NCBI GenBank assembly: GCA_965112155.1
Contig: OZ218106.1
DNA: 64,000 nucleotides
Origin: Podarcis liolepis
Lineage: Eukaryota
Reading direction: 5' to 3' (one strand)
Under the pieces are notes generated by a model, which saw only the letters and a program-made list of their open reading frames with translations, did not search any database and was not told the origin of the DNA. The position numbers were made by a program, and so were the translations under genes. Within the stretch, counting starts at the first letter, position 1. Each line of letters opens with the position of its first letter. Positions 39,246 to 52,524 of this stretch are shown piece by piece.

Positions 39246-39271
39246 TGTTTATAGCCCAACCCATCTGGCTG
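39172..39271 (-). repeat. Compound (TAA)/(TGA)n/(TAA)n microsatellite attached to a ~25-bp L2 3' end
   Basis: The run is followed by TTTATAGCCCAACCCATCTGGCTG, similar to the L2 terminus at 58188-58210. Confidence 0.8.
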
Positions 39272-39549
39272 AGGGAACTCAGTGGCCCCACCACTGCTCC
39301 TACGCTGATTCAGTATGACTACTGCAAGAGCCTATTTGTATAAAATCTGAAAATGCAAATACACTGTAAGCACGATCAGTTATCCTGAACTTTTTCATTT
39401 TGGAGGTACACAGGCTTTTTCAGAACTTACATTAAGCAAGTGTCAAGTGATGTTGCAGTTGCTTGTGAGTAAGCAAGCAGGACTCCGACCTGTGTTTTAC
39501 AGGTGCAAACTATTTACAGTGAAGAGCCCCAAGGCTAATGTCTGGCTCA

Positions 39550-39900
39550 ATCGCTAGCAGAATCCGGGAGTGGTCTGTTTTTGTACCTCCCCCAACATAA
39601 AAGTTTTGCTACCCCCAACCGTTTCCACCCCTCTCTGCCCCTCAGACTACTGCGCATGATAGGCGATGGCAAGGGCGTGCCTCCCTCCTCTCCGGCTTGC
39701 TCAGGAGCGGCGTTAAGGCTCTCACTAGTATCCTCTGGTCCTTGCACCTCTTCTCCACTGGAGATGGGGCTTTCCTCCTTTCGGGAAGAGGAGCTGCTTC
39801 ACAAGATTTTCGGAGGCTCCCTGTAACACAACTGCCCTTCTATTTCTCACCTCTGAGCCGATGGCAGTTTCCTGACAGCAAGTAACAGTGAAGAGGTAAC
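39550..39900 (+). promoter_or_regulatory. Candidate promoter / non-coding first exon
   Basis: About a dozen CpGs in ~320 bp against a CpG-poor background; NRF1-like TGCGCATG at 39651-39658; donor-like GAG|GTAACA at 39896; no TE signature recognised. Confidence 0.3.
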
Positions 39901-40604
39901 AGGGCTGATTCTCTTCCTCCCTGCACATCCTGCTTCCTCTGTTTACATACATACTGAAAACTAAAATACCACAATCGTACTGCCGCTGCTACTACGACTA
40001 CTACAAATAGCAGCGTTATTATTATTAGACTGCCACTGTTTTACCGAGGCGGAGACGTGGCAGCTGAAGAGTGTATGGGACATCACATTGATAAATGTGA
40101 AAGCCAGGCAACCTGGAAAGTCTGCTCAATCTGTTCACACTTGGCTGAGTTGCTGCAAGTACAAAATAAATAGCATTCTTCTAGAGCTGAGCTTGTGTGC
40201 TTGGACTAACAAATTTTGTTGGGCAGAAGAAAGGGCATACATTCAATAAACGCTTTCCAAACTCTTAATTCAGCTTTCTTACTGCGACGCCAAGGCTGGT
40301 GCTGACACAACGATCACTAATGACCCCGCCACAGTCACTGTGTGACCATTTGAAATCTGGCTAATGACTATCGTAACAGCCAGGGTTCTGCTTGTGTACT
40401 GATAGGGTTTAATTTATTATGTGTCTCCTTGCACAAGATTGGAAATTGTGCCTGAAAATTATGGAGGCAGGCAAATTCTTTTCTGTCCTGAAATATCAGG
40501 AAAAGTTGACCAATTGGACCTGGGGATGCAGTTCTCCGTTAGTTCACTCATTGTGCTGGAGCTGATAAGCAGACCTGAAAATTAATTCGTAAAAATCACT
40601 GCCA

Positions 40605-40878
40605 CAGGATGGGGTAATGGCCACGACCTTAGATGACTTTAAAGGGGGTTTAGAGAAATTCATGGAGAACAGGTCTATCCACTGCTGTTAGCCATGAGAG
40701 CTAAACAGAACCTCAGAAGTAGCCTGCCACTGAAGACTAGTTGCTAGGAAACAGACAATGAGGGACAGCTATTGCTTTCATGGTCTCCTAGAAGCATTTA
40801 GCTAGCCAGTGGGAGAAAAAAGGGTGCTGGACTAGGTGAAACTTCAGCTGATTCAGCAGGTCTCTTCTAGCATTCTTA
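40605..40878 (+). mobile_element. Degenerate CR1 3' end
   Basis: ATGGCCAC...GACTTTAAAGGGGGTTTAGAGAAATTCATGGAG (FK.GL.KFME) followed by the 3' UTR ...CTGATTCAGCAGGTCTCTTCT. Confidence 0.65.
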
Positions 40879-42353
40879 CCTCTGGTTTAAGACACATTAC
40901 CATTATTTATTCAGGTGATTTTGTGTGAGATTAGGGTTGGAATCTATCAGTTTTAGTACTATCTGTTTCACATTTCCCCAGTCTTAAATTCAATTCCCCC
41001 ATTATTTCACATCAGTTTGTACTTTTAAAAAGTCATCATGAAAATTAAATGGCATTTTAATGGCAATTTCTCCTTAATAAACAAATTTTTGTATGCCGTT
41101 TTGATTAATATACACATTTTTGCAAGCAATTTTCCCTAATGGATGCACTGCCATTGAATGCCAGTTTCCATACAACACCCCCAATTTCATCCAAGTTTAC
41201 TCCTTCCATGAAAAGATCCCAGTAAGTTTTAACAAGAATGAGAAAAATGTTTCCAACAACACGTTTGTGAGATCTGAATGACCCATATTGAGAACCCCAT
41301 CTTGAAGCACCGCTAATGAAGGAGAGTTTCCCTAAATGTACAACCACTTTCTTCCATGCAGGCAAGGAAGATGAACTGTGACAAATGAATATGTCATCTA
41401 CAGGGAGTAATTGGAAAAAATTCTCTGTGCAGGAGGGAAGCAGGTAACTTGCATGTCAAGTGCACTTGCTGAAATCCCCTCTTCTGAACAACTACTAATG
41501 CTGCAGGAACCCTGTCCTCATTTTTCAGCTGGCCACCCTAGAAGCAGAATAATATGTATTCATAAATGTACATTCCCCCCAGCATATACTACTTCATAAT
41601 CTATCACTGTATACCTCCTGTGTCTACAAAAACAGCCAATTGATTTTAAAGTTATCTCAAACTCTTTTTTTAATCCAATACTGCTATCCCAGCAAAAGCA
41701 CTGCTTCACTGAATGACCCAGGTCAATTCAATTAGTCTCCTGACAATGGATTCATTCTCCAGTTCCTGTAAAACTGGAAGGGAAAAAAGGAACAAATCAC
41801 TGTAAATAAGATGCTGTATCGCAGATAAGCTGTCCTGAGTGTATATAAAATTTAAGATACCTTTTATGTCCACAGTACTGTTGTTTACTTTGGGGAAGTA
41901 ATAAAATTCAGGGCTTGTTTAATCATAAAGAAACCACACCAGGAAAGCTCCAGAGCACAACTCTGCTGATAAAGAGATTGGAAATTAAAATAGAAGAGGT
42001 CAGGATCTGCACCACAGGTTGGCAACCTGAGGCCCTAGAGCTGCATGCATCCATCAGCCTAATTTTATGCAGCCCTCCTTGGCTTAATTTCAGAAGTTAT
42101 CTGCTTCAAGCAATCAGTTCAGGGAGATCTGAATTGAGCAATTTGTCCCTCCCTTCTCAGACTACTGGGCTGGAGGAAGAGAGGGTAAGAGAAGGGTGTG
42201 GAAAAGAGATTTTAAAAAGAGGTGTCGGAAAGAGTGAGGCAGGCAGGGTGGCCTTGACAACGTTTTGCTCTGATCCTGCTCATATCTGCTTCAGCATATG
42301 GCCCCTGACAAATCATTCCTGGGATCTACGGATGAAGGACAGTATACATATCA

Positions 42354-42381
42354 AATCAATCAATCAATCAATCAATCAATC
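42354..42381. repeat. (AATC)7 microsatellite
   Basis: Perfect tetranucleotide run. Confidence 0.9.
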
Positions 42382-42644
42382 CCATGACAGAAAAATGGCT
42401 GCCTTTTCTCATTCAAATCCAGAGTGAGGAAACTCAAGTCCAGAAGTGAAATGTGGCACCCCAGGCCTCTGTAATATGCCCCTTCAGAGTCTCCCTTGCC
42501 GTACCCTCCTAGGCTGCTTTTTGGTGGTTGTGATGCATCCTTGAGCTGTGATAACATCTCTTTGTCTGCCTAGAAGCAGGATGGAGAGATGTGATGTTAG
42601 GGTGTGTGTGTGGAAATTTGCAGTCAAACCTAACCTAGTTAGTA

Positions 42645-42896
42645 CAGTGGTGCCCCGCAAGACGAATGCCTCGCAAGACGAAAAACTCGCTAGCCGAAAG
42701 GGTTTTCCATTTTTGCGTTGCTTCACTAGACAAATTTCCCTATGGGCTTGCTTCACAAGACGAAAACGTCTTGCGCTTTTTTTTAAAGCTGCTTGAAGAG
42801 GCGCAGTTGCGACGGACCGTGCTTCGCAAGACGAAAAACATCGCAAGACGAAAAGACTCGTGGAACGAATTCTTTTTGTCTTGCGAGGCACCACTG
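42645..42896. mobile_element. Tc1/mariner (pogo/Tigger-like) MITE, 252 bp
   Basis: TA TSD (42643-42644, 42897-42898); TIR CAGTGGTGCCCCGCAAGAC / GTCTTGCGAGGCACCACTG; repeated internal CGCAAGACGAA motifs; CpGs largely retained, suggesting a young copy. Confidence 0.92.
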
Positions 42897-43000
42897 TATG
42901 TAACAGGGTTAATGATCACAAAGTTCTAAATTACTAGAGTAGGTTCTGTGATGTCACATCCTCTCTTCTGACAATGAGGGAGGAAGGCTTGTTTCCTGTT

Positions 43001-43003
<3 letters not shown>

Positions 43004-43045
<42 letters not shown>
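43004..43045. repeat. (CT)n microsatellite
   Basis: Perfect dinucleotide run of ~21 units. Confidence 0.95.
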
Positions 43046-43047
<2 letters not shown>

Positions 43048-43489
43048 ATTTTCTTCTCAACCTTCCCTCCATCACATTTCAGGATTTATTCTCCCCACCA
43101 TCACCCTGTTTTAGATAGCCTTGCTCATGCCCTTTCTCATGCTGAGAAATGTTTCTGCTGCAGTCTTCCCTCTTCTGCTGCTTGCACAGTCTTTCCTCTC
43201 TGGGTTTGGTGTGTGCTTGATGCCTCCCTCTTTCCATCTCTAAATTTTGATTGCTGACTCTGTAATTCACAAAGGTCTGCTCCAACATCTGCTCAGTATA
43301 AATCACAACAGCCTGCCCAAACACCAGTATGAATATTATATGAAGCATGAGGCAGTAAAGCATGAAAACTACAAATCACTCAGAATCTGTCAATAATTTT
43401 AGTCTCAGGGATCCAGCCAGGAAGAGGCATTCAGAGCTAGTCTGTGGAGTTGTAGCCAGATTTGCAAATAAACATTGTGTTAAGCATCA

Positions 43490-43529
<40 letters not shown>
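43490..43529. repeat. (ATT)13 microsatellite
   Basis: Perfect trinucleotide run. Confidence 0.95.
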
Positions 43530-43884
43530 GTTACCTTTTCTGTGCAAATTTGCCTTTCTTTGGTCACCTCAGTGCATCGAAAGGTCACTATCATGCTAGT
43601 ACAGATGGTAAAATATCATGTATTGCATGGTATTTTGGGTTCCAAAAAGAGTTGGAAGCAAGTGAGAATGAGGGACACTCTGTTAAAAACCTTTACTGGC
43701 TAGACGTCTTGCAGAATTTGCTAGTGCTTCTATTACATTTCATCAGGGAATACATTGTACTGGATTGCAAAAGTTTCTTGAAACCCGTTATAAGGCATTT
43801 TCGTGTGTGCTTTTAGTCCTTTTGAAGCTTAAAATGTATTATTCAGCCTGGACTCCTGCCTCTTTTCCTGACAATGTTCTAGTC

Positions 43885-43965
43885 CAGGTATGGGAACATG
43901 TAGCACTCCAGATGTTCTTCAGACTACAACTACTAGCATTCCTGACCTCTGGACATGCTGGACAA
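43885..43965. mobile_element. URR1-like hAT MITE end
   Basis: CAGGTATGGGAAC...CTCCAGATGTT...GACTACAACT...CTGACC. Confidence 0.5.
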
Positions 43966-44881
43966 TTTTGATCCAAATGGAAACAGGAGCAAAATGTGCT
44001 GATTTTCACTTATCTGTTCCATGTCTGGAATGGAAATCAATGCAGGATGGGATCCAGTTGTTGTTACTTTTAGTCTGCAAATGTTACGTAATTGATTGCA
44101 ATCTGCCTCCTCCCAGCTTTGCATTTTGTTTCCTTTACACTTAAATGAATGGGGTGGAATAACATAATAACAATTAATTACATAAAATGCACAAGTCGCA
44201 TAATTGCATCACGGCGGACAGCTAGATGAGTAGCACAGGGTGATAGTCAGCTAAGTTTTACTAAGAACAGACCTAGTGAAATTAGTGGGTATCAATAAGT
44301 TAGGTTAATTAATGTCAGTAGGTCTAATCTCGAGTGAAACTTGTTTGAATACCACCAATTTTTATATAGAGAGAGAAACTGCCATGAATTGGAAGCAGTG
44401 CTGCATGTGGTAAATATAAAGAAGAATGAAAAGTGATGTGTTCTTACATCCCTAATGGAAGTTGGGACATTTGGTGGGTCAAAGGTTCTCTGTTCTCATT
44501 CTGGTTCCTTATTAATTTGCGAGAGTTATACCATGCCCTTCAACAAAATTATCAGAGCAGCTTTCTATCTTTCCTTCAAATGCGTCATGGAGAAAGGGAC
44601 CAGCTCATACCCACTGGCCCTTGCCCACCAGTATCTGTGTGTTCAGCAAGACATTAAAAGAGCTCTATATGAATAGGCATTTCATGCAATCAGGAGCTCT
44701 ATTTGTTAGTTCTGGGGTAGGATATATATTCTTGCTAAATAATCACAATATCCCCTAGGTAAGATCACACAATTTGATTTTTCTAAGTTCAGAAATTTAG
44801 CAAACTAAGTCTCCAGTATGGTTTATAATAAATTTTAGATGATCACTATATATGTATATAGAAGAATATATACATATACAT

Positions 44882-44906
44882 ATGTGTGTGTGTGTGTGTG
44901 TGTGTA
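44882..44906. repeat. (TG)n microsatellite in TA-rich low-complexity sequence
   Basis: Dinucleotide run. Confidence 0.9.
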
Positions 44907-45958
44907 TACATTCTATATATATGTGGAACAAACATTCAGAAATAATATGTAAGTGGAGAGCCTAATTTTCTCTGTCTCATTCTTCGGACTGAAATTACCT
45001 GTGTTTGTTTTCTTCCAGACATTACAGGAAGTGAATGGGTTTTTCATTAACTCCATCTGGCTTGCAGATGTCATTTATGGTTACAGCCAAAAATATGTCT
45101 CTCTAAAATCTGCTATCAGGATACTCAGTCATTTTTACAACTGGTCCAGAAAATTCCTGCATACATTGGTGATGTTCTTTTTTCTCTTCATTTCTCATGG
45201 AAAGTTGCTTTGATGACTTATCCTTCTTTTGTGCTGTAGGTTCACTGATGATATAAGAAAGATGTTGGGTGGGGAAGACCATTAAAGCCACTGCTGAACT
45301 TTGCATGAATGCATACTGAGGGCATAATAAAAATATTGTGTCAGAACAGGCTAAAACAAAGGTAAAACTCAATAATTGTGATATCTCTTGTGATGGATCT
45401 AATTTCTGCAAAACGGATTCAGCAGCCTTGCTTGATACAAAAATCCTCTTTGGGCTGAACATCAGTTATTCAGCAGCCCTAGATTTGCACTTGGTGTAAA
45501 ATTAATCATAGCATAGAAAAATGTTACTGTATTCATAGTCAGGCAGTCCTACTGGTTAATGTTCTCAGATTAGAAAACAGAAAGTTTCCAAGATGTAGGC
45601 TTCACCCTCTCAACTTTCAGACTTGTTGTTTTCCACCAGGGTCTAGCTGCTGAAATTTGAACAAGAACATTTGGCCTTGCAGTGGAGAAGAATTAATAGT
45701 GCACCTACCATTACCTGGTATTTTCATGTGGCATTGGTTCTACCTCTTTCTTTCTGGAAACCTAACTATGATTGTTGGTAACTGATGAGAGAGTGCTCCA
45801 TCTAAGAATTCGACATGTTTGGAGTATCTGGGTTTGTCGGCTTAGCAGGCAGAAAAAAAGCAGCAAATAGCCAGACAATGACAGGCAAGGAGTGGAACTG
45901 GAAGACAGATCTGTGTTGAAGTTAGATGCAACATCTCAATATACTGCAGTTTGAGGGC

Positions 45959-46270
45959 AGGAAACATAAGCTGCCTTATATTGAGTTAGACTATCAGTTC
46001 CCCTGACTACACCAGTAGCAGCTGAGGTGGTGCCCTCCAAATGTTATTGGACTACAACTCTCATCACCCCCAGCTTTTAGCCATGCTGGTTGGAGCTCAT
46101 GGACCAACATCTGTAGGGTATCATAACATCTTCCCCCGATCTACACTGACTGACAGTGTAGACTGACAGTGACTCTCCAAGGTTTCAGACAAAGTTCTTC
46201 TGCCAGGCTACTTGGAGATCCCAGATCTTTTGCATGCAGATCTGCAGATCTGCTATGACCTATGGGTCTA
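45959..46270 (-). mobile_element. Squam3-like SINE interrupted by a URR1-like hAT MITE (46013-46138)
   Basis: SINE tail GGAAACATAAGCTGCCTTAT on the left; the SINE body resumes at CTACACTGACTG; the insert is flanked by a near-TSD GACTACAC / ATCTACAC. Confidence 0.6.
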
Positions 46271-47990
46271 TCCATTTTGGAGGAGAAACAAACCAAGAGG
46301 AAGGACTGTTCACATGGCCACTGAGAGAGTGGCAACAACATTCTGTATGTGTCAGCTTCTAGTGTTTGTTTTGTATGCTGAGGAGGGAACCAATTGGGAG
46401 AAAATTTTGAAGTGTATTGAATCTTCAGGATGAACAAGTTATAGATTTCCAGAAATCAATTAACCATTACTTTCCAGGTATTAATGCAGCATTATCAACA
46501 CACCACCACCAATTGTATAAAAGCAATTCAGCTTTTCATGCCCCTCTCCCCAAGCTGGGCTGCAGCATTCACTTTTCTAATTCATCTTTATATAGTCATC
46601 TAGAATTCACAGCCTTGCACTGTAAGTTAGCAAGTCTTGGTTGCTTGGTAACACAATCCTCTCAGTGATTTGTTACAGACAAAGCTCTGATGGGGAAAGC
46701 ACTGAATATTTTGAGTCCATCCTTGCACAGCAGTTTAATATCCAAATGCTCTGTTTGCACATTGATAGGTTGCTACCTCTAAAATCACACATGTAAATCT
46801 GAATGTCGCCATCCAAATTACTTTTATGGAAGGTACAAATACATTGGAAATGTGAATTTTTGAAAATTCAGCCCTTTCTATAAACAGGTAATTAATGATC
46901 CTTAGAATTTATGTATTTTAATCTGTAAAGAATCACCGTTTTGGATCTAATGCCTGGAAAAGAAAGTGTCTGTGTATAGCTTGCACACTGTGCCGTAAAT
47001 GTTTTGTTGCCAGCAAATAGAGCCAGCCATCCAAGCACAACTTTACAGATTGGATGGCTTCTGAATAATCAAGATTATCTTTTATGCCCTGCCAATATGT
47101 GTTTGCACATGTAAATAAACTACAGTGGCAGTCAATGAGCACCACAGGAGTGTATGAACGCAGTCCTAAAGATAAGATTAAACAGACACAAATGGCCAAA
47201 CACAACACAACAAGCACTCCTGTCAAATTATTAAATAACTAATTCATTAAGCCACACAGCCAAGCTGAGAAGCTGGCTATTTGTGTGTGTAGTCGCAGTG
47301 TGGTTTGGATAATTGGGACCAGCTGTAATACAGTTTTGGTTTTGGAAGGAATCCAACATTACTTGAAGGCGACATGGCTATACGGATATTGACTGCAAAG
47401 TGGACCGTGCATGTGTGGGGCTGAGTTCAAGCTGCCTTTCCACATGCAGTTTTTTTGAGAGGACTCAAGCACTGACCAGCTTGTCGAACAATCACAAACC
47501 AGCTGCAGCAGGCTGGAACCAGAATAGATTGGTGCAAGCAAATCATTTTAACTCCTTCAAACAATTCTTCTTTTGTGAACAGGCTTCATCCCACCAAAAT
47601 CTCTATGCTTAGTTTCTAAAGGATTCTTTCAAATCTAAAAGGGGTTCATTACAAACATAAAAGAAAGACTAGATGATATGCACAACATTTCCAATTGTTT
47701 GTTTTTAATCAGATGTTTTTGTATGCCTCCCATTGCATTTTCATAATTCAAATCCTTTTTTTTTCCCTGGTGAGAGAGATTCTGTGGTGGAGAAATGCTA
47801 CTTGTTTTAGCTAAGCCAGGACAGAAGGTGCAGTGTGTGTGGAGGGTTCGGCTTTCATGGCTTTTTCCTTTCTCCTGCACTGACCCCAAACAAACAAGGA
47901 AACAAACAAACAGTTAGCAGTATAGCACAATTTGCAGAACTTTTATTTGCCTGATGCCAGTCCTCAAAATACTGGGGATAGAAAGAACAC

Positions 47991-48170
47991 AGAAACACAG
48001 GAAGCTGCCTTAAACAAAGATCACTAATCTATTGGTCTGCACTGCATAGCAGTGACTAGCCAAGGTTTCAAACTATAGACACTGCATCCCTTCCTGGAGG
48101 GGCTGAGGGTTGAAACTGGGACCTTCTGCATGCAAGGCAAGTGTTCCACCATAGAGCAATGACCTTTCTC
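47991..48170 (-). mobile_element. Squam3-like SINE
   Basis: GGAAGCTGCCTT tail; reverse B-box GGGTTGAAACTGGGACCTTCTGCATGCAAGGC. Confidence 0.55.
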
Positions 48171-49960
48171 CTGGAGAATAGTTAAACTGTCCAAAAACAC
48201 AGTAGCTCTTCAGCTTTCACTGGATACATATTAGCAACTACTGGCTCTCCAAAGCATTGCTGGAGGCATGGGGAGGCAATGAAGTACCGTAGGTGTATCC
48301 CATAGCTGCTGTTGCCTCATCTTTCAGAATAATTTGATGAATAGGAGAAGTAGAGGCCACACATTGATGACGTCACATACCGACTCTCCTGATGATCCCA
48401 CTTGAAAGTCTCATGTAGATACTTAAAAATATCAGGGGCCTTGAGGAACATAACAATGTATAGTCCTTCAGAACACCATTGCAAGGTTGATATGGACAAA
48501 GGAAAAACAGTTTCCATTACCACTTTCTGGAAACGACTATGAAAATAAGAAGAGAAGGTATCTGATTCCTCTTCCAGAAATCTTGTCCAAAAGTAAACAA
48601 TGGTTAATAATATCAAATGCTGTGAAGAGGTTCAGAATTAGTGCCCTAGGAGAAGGACCCAGCCACGACGTTCTTCTCTTAGTGTACATCAGGAGAACCA
48701 AGGCCAAACCTAGGCCTGAAATCAAACTGAAATTGACCTGGTAGTCCCATAATTGTAGAAATGCCATTATAAATTTCTGATAAGGGAGAGGCATTTTCCT
48801 GGAGAAATGAGTCTGTATCTGCTCAGGTGGATTCATCAAAGGGCATGTAATCACCAACTTATGTGAATTAAATAGCCACATTTTAGGAACTACTGTTTAA
48901 TCAAAAGGTTGTGTTTCCCTCATTACATGCTACATTAACCATATTTGAAAGAAACGACACACAAAAATCCATTGGAGAAAATGGTCTCTAGACTATATGT
49001 CCTGCTCTTGCTGCTAGGCTTTGACAAAAGCTTCCAATGTTTAGAACTATAGCTGTTACCATGGCATGGTACAAACGCCCCTATTCCCTTTTGTAAGAAA
49101 TTGTAAGATACTAACAGGTTGCCCAATGTGAGAAGTGAAATGGCAATACACACTGCACAGCACCGACATATTAGGAGGACATTTCCTATGTCATGCTGAG
49201 CTCAAACATTGGAATGAGCATCCTCGTCACCTGATTCAGCATATGCCCCAGGGTTTTCCATTTCCTTCAACCAATGCCAATATCCTTGCCAGTGGTCCTA
49301 ACCCCTAAGTCGCAATGAAATGAACCTGTTTCAGCCATTTTGTGTTGTTTTTGAGTTGTGAATATTGTTTTAGAGACTATTCAGACAACATAGGGGAGTC
49401 CAAAATTCAGCCCACAAAACTGGGCCTTAAGGAGAAACTGAAACCTAAGGATAATAGGAACAGAACTATATGGGTTTTCTGAATGGCTGGTAGGCTGGAT
49501 GGGGGAGTAGAAATGATGTGTATAAATGAGGCAGATGAGTAGAGTTAAAGCATTGTTGTGGGGAGAAGTTGTAATCTGAAGAAAAGATGCAAAATTTGAT
49601 CTTTTCTGAGTCACCAAAAATGGAAATGTAGTTATGTTTAACAACACAATACTCCACATCTAAATGTAACAAATTGCATTAAAAGTATAGTATAACATAT
49701 GTTTAGAAGTGCATACACTGAGATGAAATGCATATGCTAAATGCATATATGCGATAAAATATGAATTTAAATATGGTTTTTTTTTTGTTCTTTTATAAAA
49801 TGTAGATTGATGTCAAAATGGGAATGGACTTAAGAACGAGCTCATGGAAAATGAATACAGACTGGTTGTCTGTATAATGTATTTCTCTCACTTTGGACAG
49901 GGTAACTTGAACTTCCTGCTCCATTCAGGTATGATTGTATGCTTGGCAATAGCTAATCAT

Positions 49961-50248
49961 AGAATCATAGAATCATAGAGTTGGAAGAGACCACAAGGGC
50001 CATCGAGTCCAACCCCCTGCCAAGCAGGAAACACCATCAGAGCACTCCTGACATATGGTTGTCAAGCCTCTGCTTAAAGACCTCCAAAGTAGGAGACTCC
50101 ACCACACTCCTTGGCAGCAAATTCCACTGTCGAACAGCTCTTACTGTCAGGAAGTTCTTCCTAATGTTTAGGTGGAATCTTCTTTCTTGTAGTTTGGATC
50201 CATTGCTCCGTGTCCGCTTCTCTGGAGCAGCAGAAAACAACCTTTCTC
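49961..50248 (-). mobile_element. Young 5'-truncated CR1 LINE with TSD
   Basis: (ATTCTATG)n tail; intact ORF2 C-terminus [52 protein letters not shown]; TSD CTAATCAT at 49953-49960 and 50249-50256. Confidence 0.95.
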
Positions 50249-50924
50249 CTAATCATTGAAGATCTGGCAAGCTTTATGTAACTCTATCGATTTAACATTC
50301 CTATATGTGCAACAAAAACTTCCAGCAGTTTTCAACTTTCATCATAGCAGCTTTATGGATGCCTGAAAGAAAGACAAGCCTATCAATTTTCATTTATCAC
50401 AGTGGTATATTACCTGCCATTTCTTCCTGAATATTGTTGTAATAATGGCACTCAGTTTTGAATAGCAGATTTAGCATGTCTTCTCTTTGGGGATTATGGT
50501 AATCAAACGGTATAAAATGATTGGCTTCCATTGTCCTGTAAAAGTTGCAGAAAGTATATGACTCTTTCATTTGCTGAACATGTGCTGTGGAAATATTTCT
50601 AGTGATTATAAACAAGGAAATAAACTAAACACTGAACTACATAATCAATTTTTTCCAGGATGCACAAATTGCAAAGATAAGTGTGATTCTTTTAGTTATT
50701 TTAAAAAATAAGATTATTTGCAGTTAAATTAGACAAAGCAGGTAGAAGAAAGATGTAAATAATTCATATCCACATAGCCTCCATTCAGCAAATATGCTTC
50801 CTTTGTAACCTAGTATCAATGTTGGAAGACAAAAGTGATCTGGGTTGTGTGTGTAGGGGCATTTGGTTTTGTTTTCCCCTCCCCAACTGTGGCAAGTGCT
50901 TTGCCCAACCTTTCCTTGTATCAT

Positions 50925-51116
50925 AGAATCATAGAATCATAGAATCATAGAGTTGGAAGAGACCACAAGGGCCATCGAGTCCAACCCCCTGCCAAGCAGG
51001 AAACACCATCAGAGCACTCCTGACATATGGTTGTCAAGCCTCTGCTTAAAGACCTCCAAAGAAGGAGACTCCACCACACTCCTTGGTAGCAAATTCCACT
51101 GTCGAACAGCTCTTAC
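50925..51116 (-). mobile_element. Second young 5'-truncated CR1 LINE with TSD
   Basis: Only 2 substitutions seen versus the 49961 copy over ~170 shared bp; TSD TATCAT at 50919-50924 and 51117-51122. Confidence 0.95.
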
Positions 51117-52524
51117 TATCATCTTAAGACATTTTCAGTCAAGTGAGTTCATTATCTACACACCAAATATTAATGTCCACTGACTCTAAACCAAAGTCTT
51201 TTGACAGATCTGTGTGAATCTTCTGGGGGGAAAGTGTGAATTAACATCCTTAGGCATAAAAAACGGTTTCTAGCATAAAAATGTCAAACTTAAATGCTTT
51301 GTCTTTTTTGTTATATTTACAGTCTGCCTCTGAAAATAAATTCATTTTCAGGGCTCTGCAGTAGAATCTCCCTGTTTTGGAATTTTAATTGTTACGGACA
51401 GAATGGATCAACTCAGGGAAACTTTAAACTACAAATCTGAGAAGCCACCGTTTTGTTGTTGGCAACACAAGAGGAACTTAAAGATAGTTCCTCTGCTCTC
51501 TCCAGCCTAACCTATGACTTATTCCCTCCTGTCCTTATTGTATGGGACATTTGTAGAAAGGAGAGTCAAAGGAAAATGGTGTAGTGTAGGCTAGGCTGGG
51601 TGGCTACCACAGAGGAAGTTTCTGAATGTATCTGGCGACTGAGCTTCTTCTGGAATTCCTTTCCAAACAGAGACTGGGAAAATTGGTAAATGGATCTAAT
51701 CCACTACAGCTTCTGCAGTTGTTGATTCTAGCGGACTTTTAAAAACAGGATAAGATAAACAAAATCAATATGAATGTTGCCTTTGAACTTGCTGTTTGAA
51801 ATATGTGGTCCCCCAATTTAATTATCTAGCCATGGAAGAAATTCATAAATTGGAATAAAATCCAAGGGTAGCTGGCCCAGCAAATAAGGTTTCTGTTATG
51901 GGTGAGGAAGCACAATTGAGAAGAATGTCTCCACAGTTACAACCCATCTAACATCTGACTGCCAGGACACCTGAAATGAAGGCCTCTGATGGAAATCTTA
52001 ATGCACAGGCAGTTTGGTGTAGGGTAGAGGCAAACGTTATTTCAGGCACCATGGCCCCAAGCCATATAGGGCTCTGATGTAAGTACCAGCATTTTGAAGT
52101 GTGCTTTAAAGCAGACCACGCTCTCCAAGCCAGGCAAGGATTTGGAATTGCTCATGTGAAAGGCAGCTGCTTCTCTTCTTTTCCTTTTCTTTCCCTGCCT
52201 CCTGCACCTGCAAAGGCAATTTTCATTTTGAACACAGCTGTTTTGTGTAATACCAGTTCTGTGCAGAAGAGCTGTTTTAAAAATAAATATAGCTGCATCC
52301 TTTCATTCTGGCTGATGGGAACAAAATGGTGTAGCAATACAGGGTATCCAGTGAAACATCACCACACATGTGTTCATTGTGGGTGATTTTTGTTGTTGTT
52401 TTTTTGCTAAATACATACTAAATTTGCTTCAGTGCATCCACAATTGGGTAACATCCATCCTTCTTGGAGGAGTGTGCCAATGCAGGTTCCCCAATGCCCT
52501 AAAAGATACATCCAATGTTTCCTT

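Noticed and set aside
41105-41365. Minus ORF containing RWGSQY, reminiscent of the hAT transposase TRWNS motif
   Set aside because: Single short motif with no other transposase residues recognisable.
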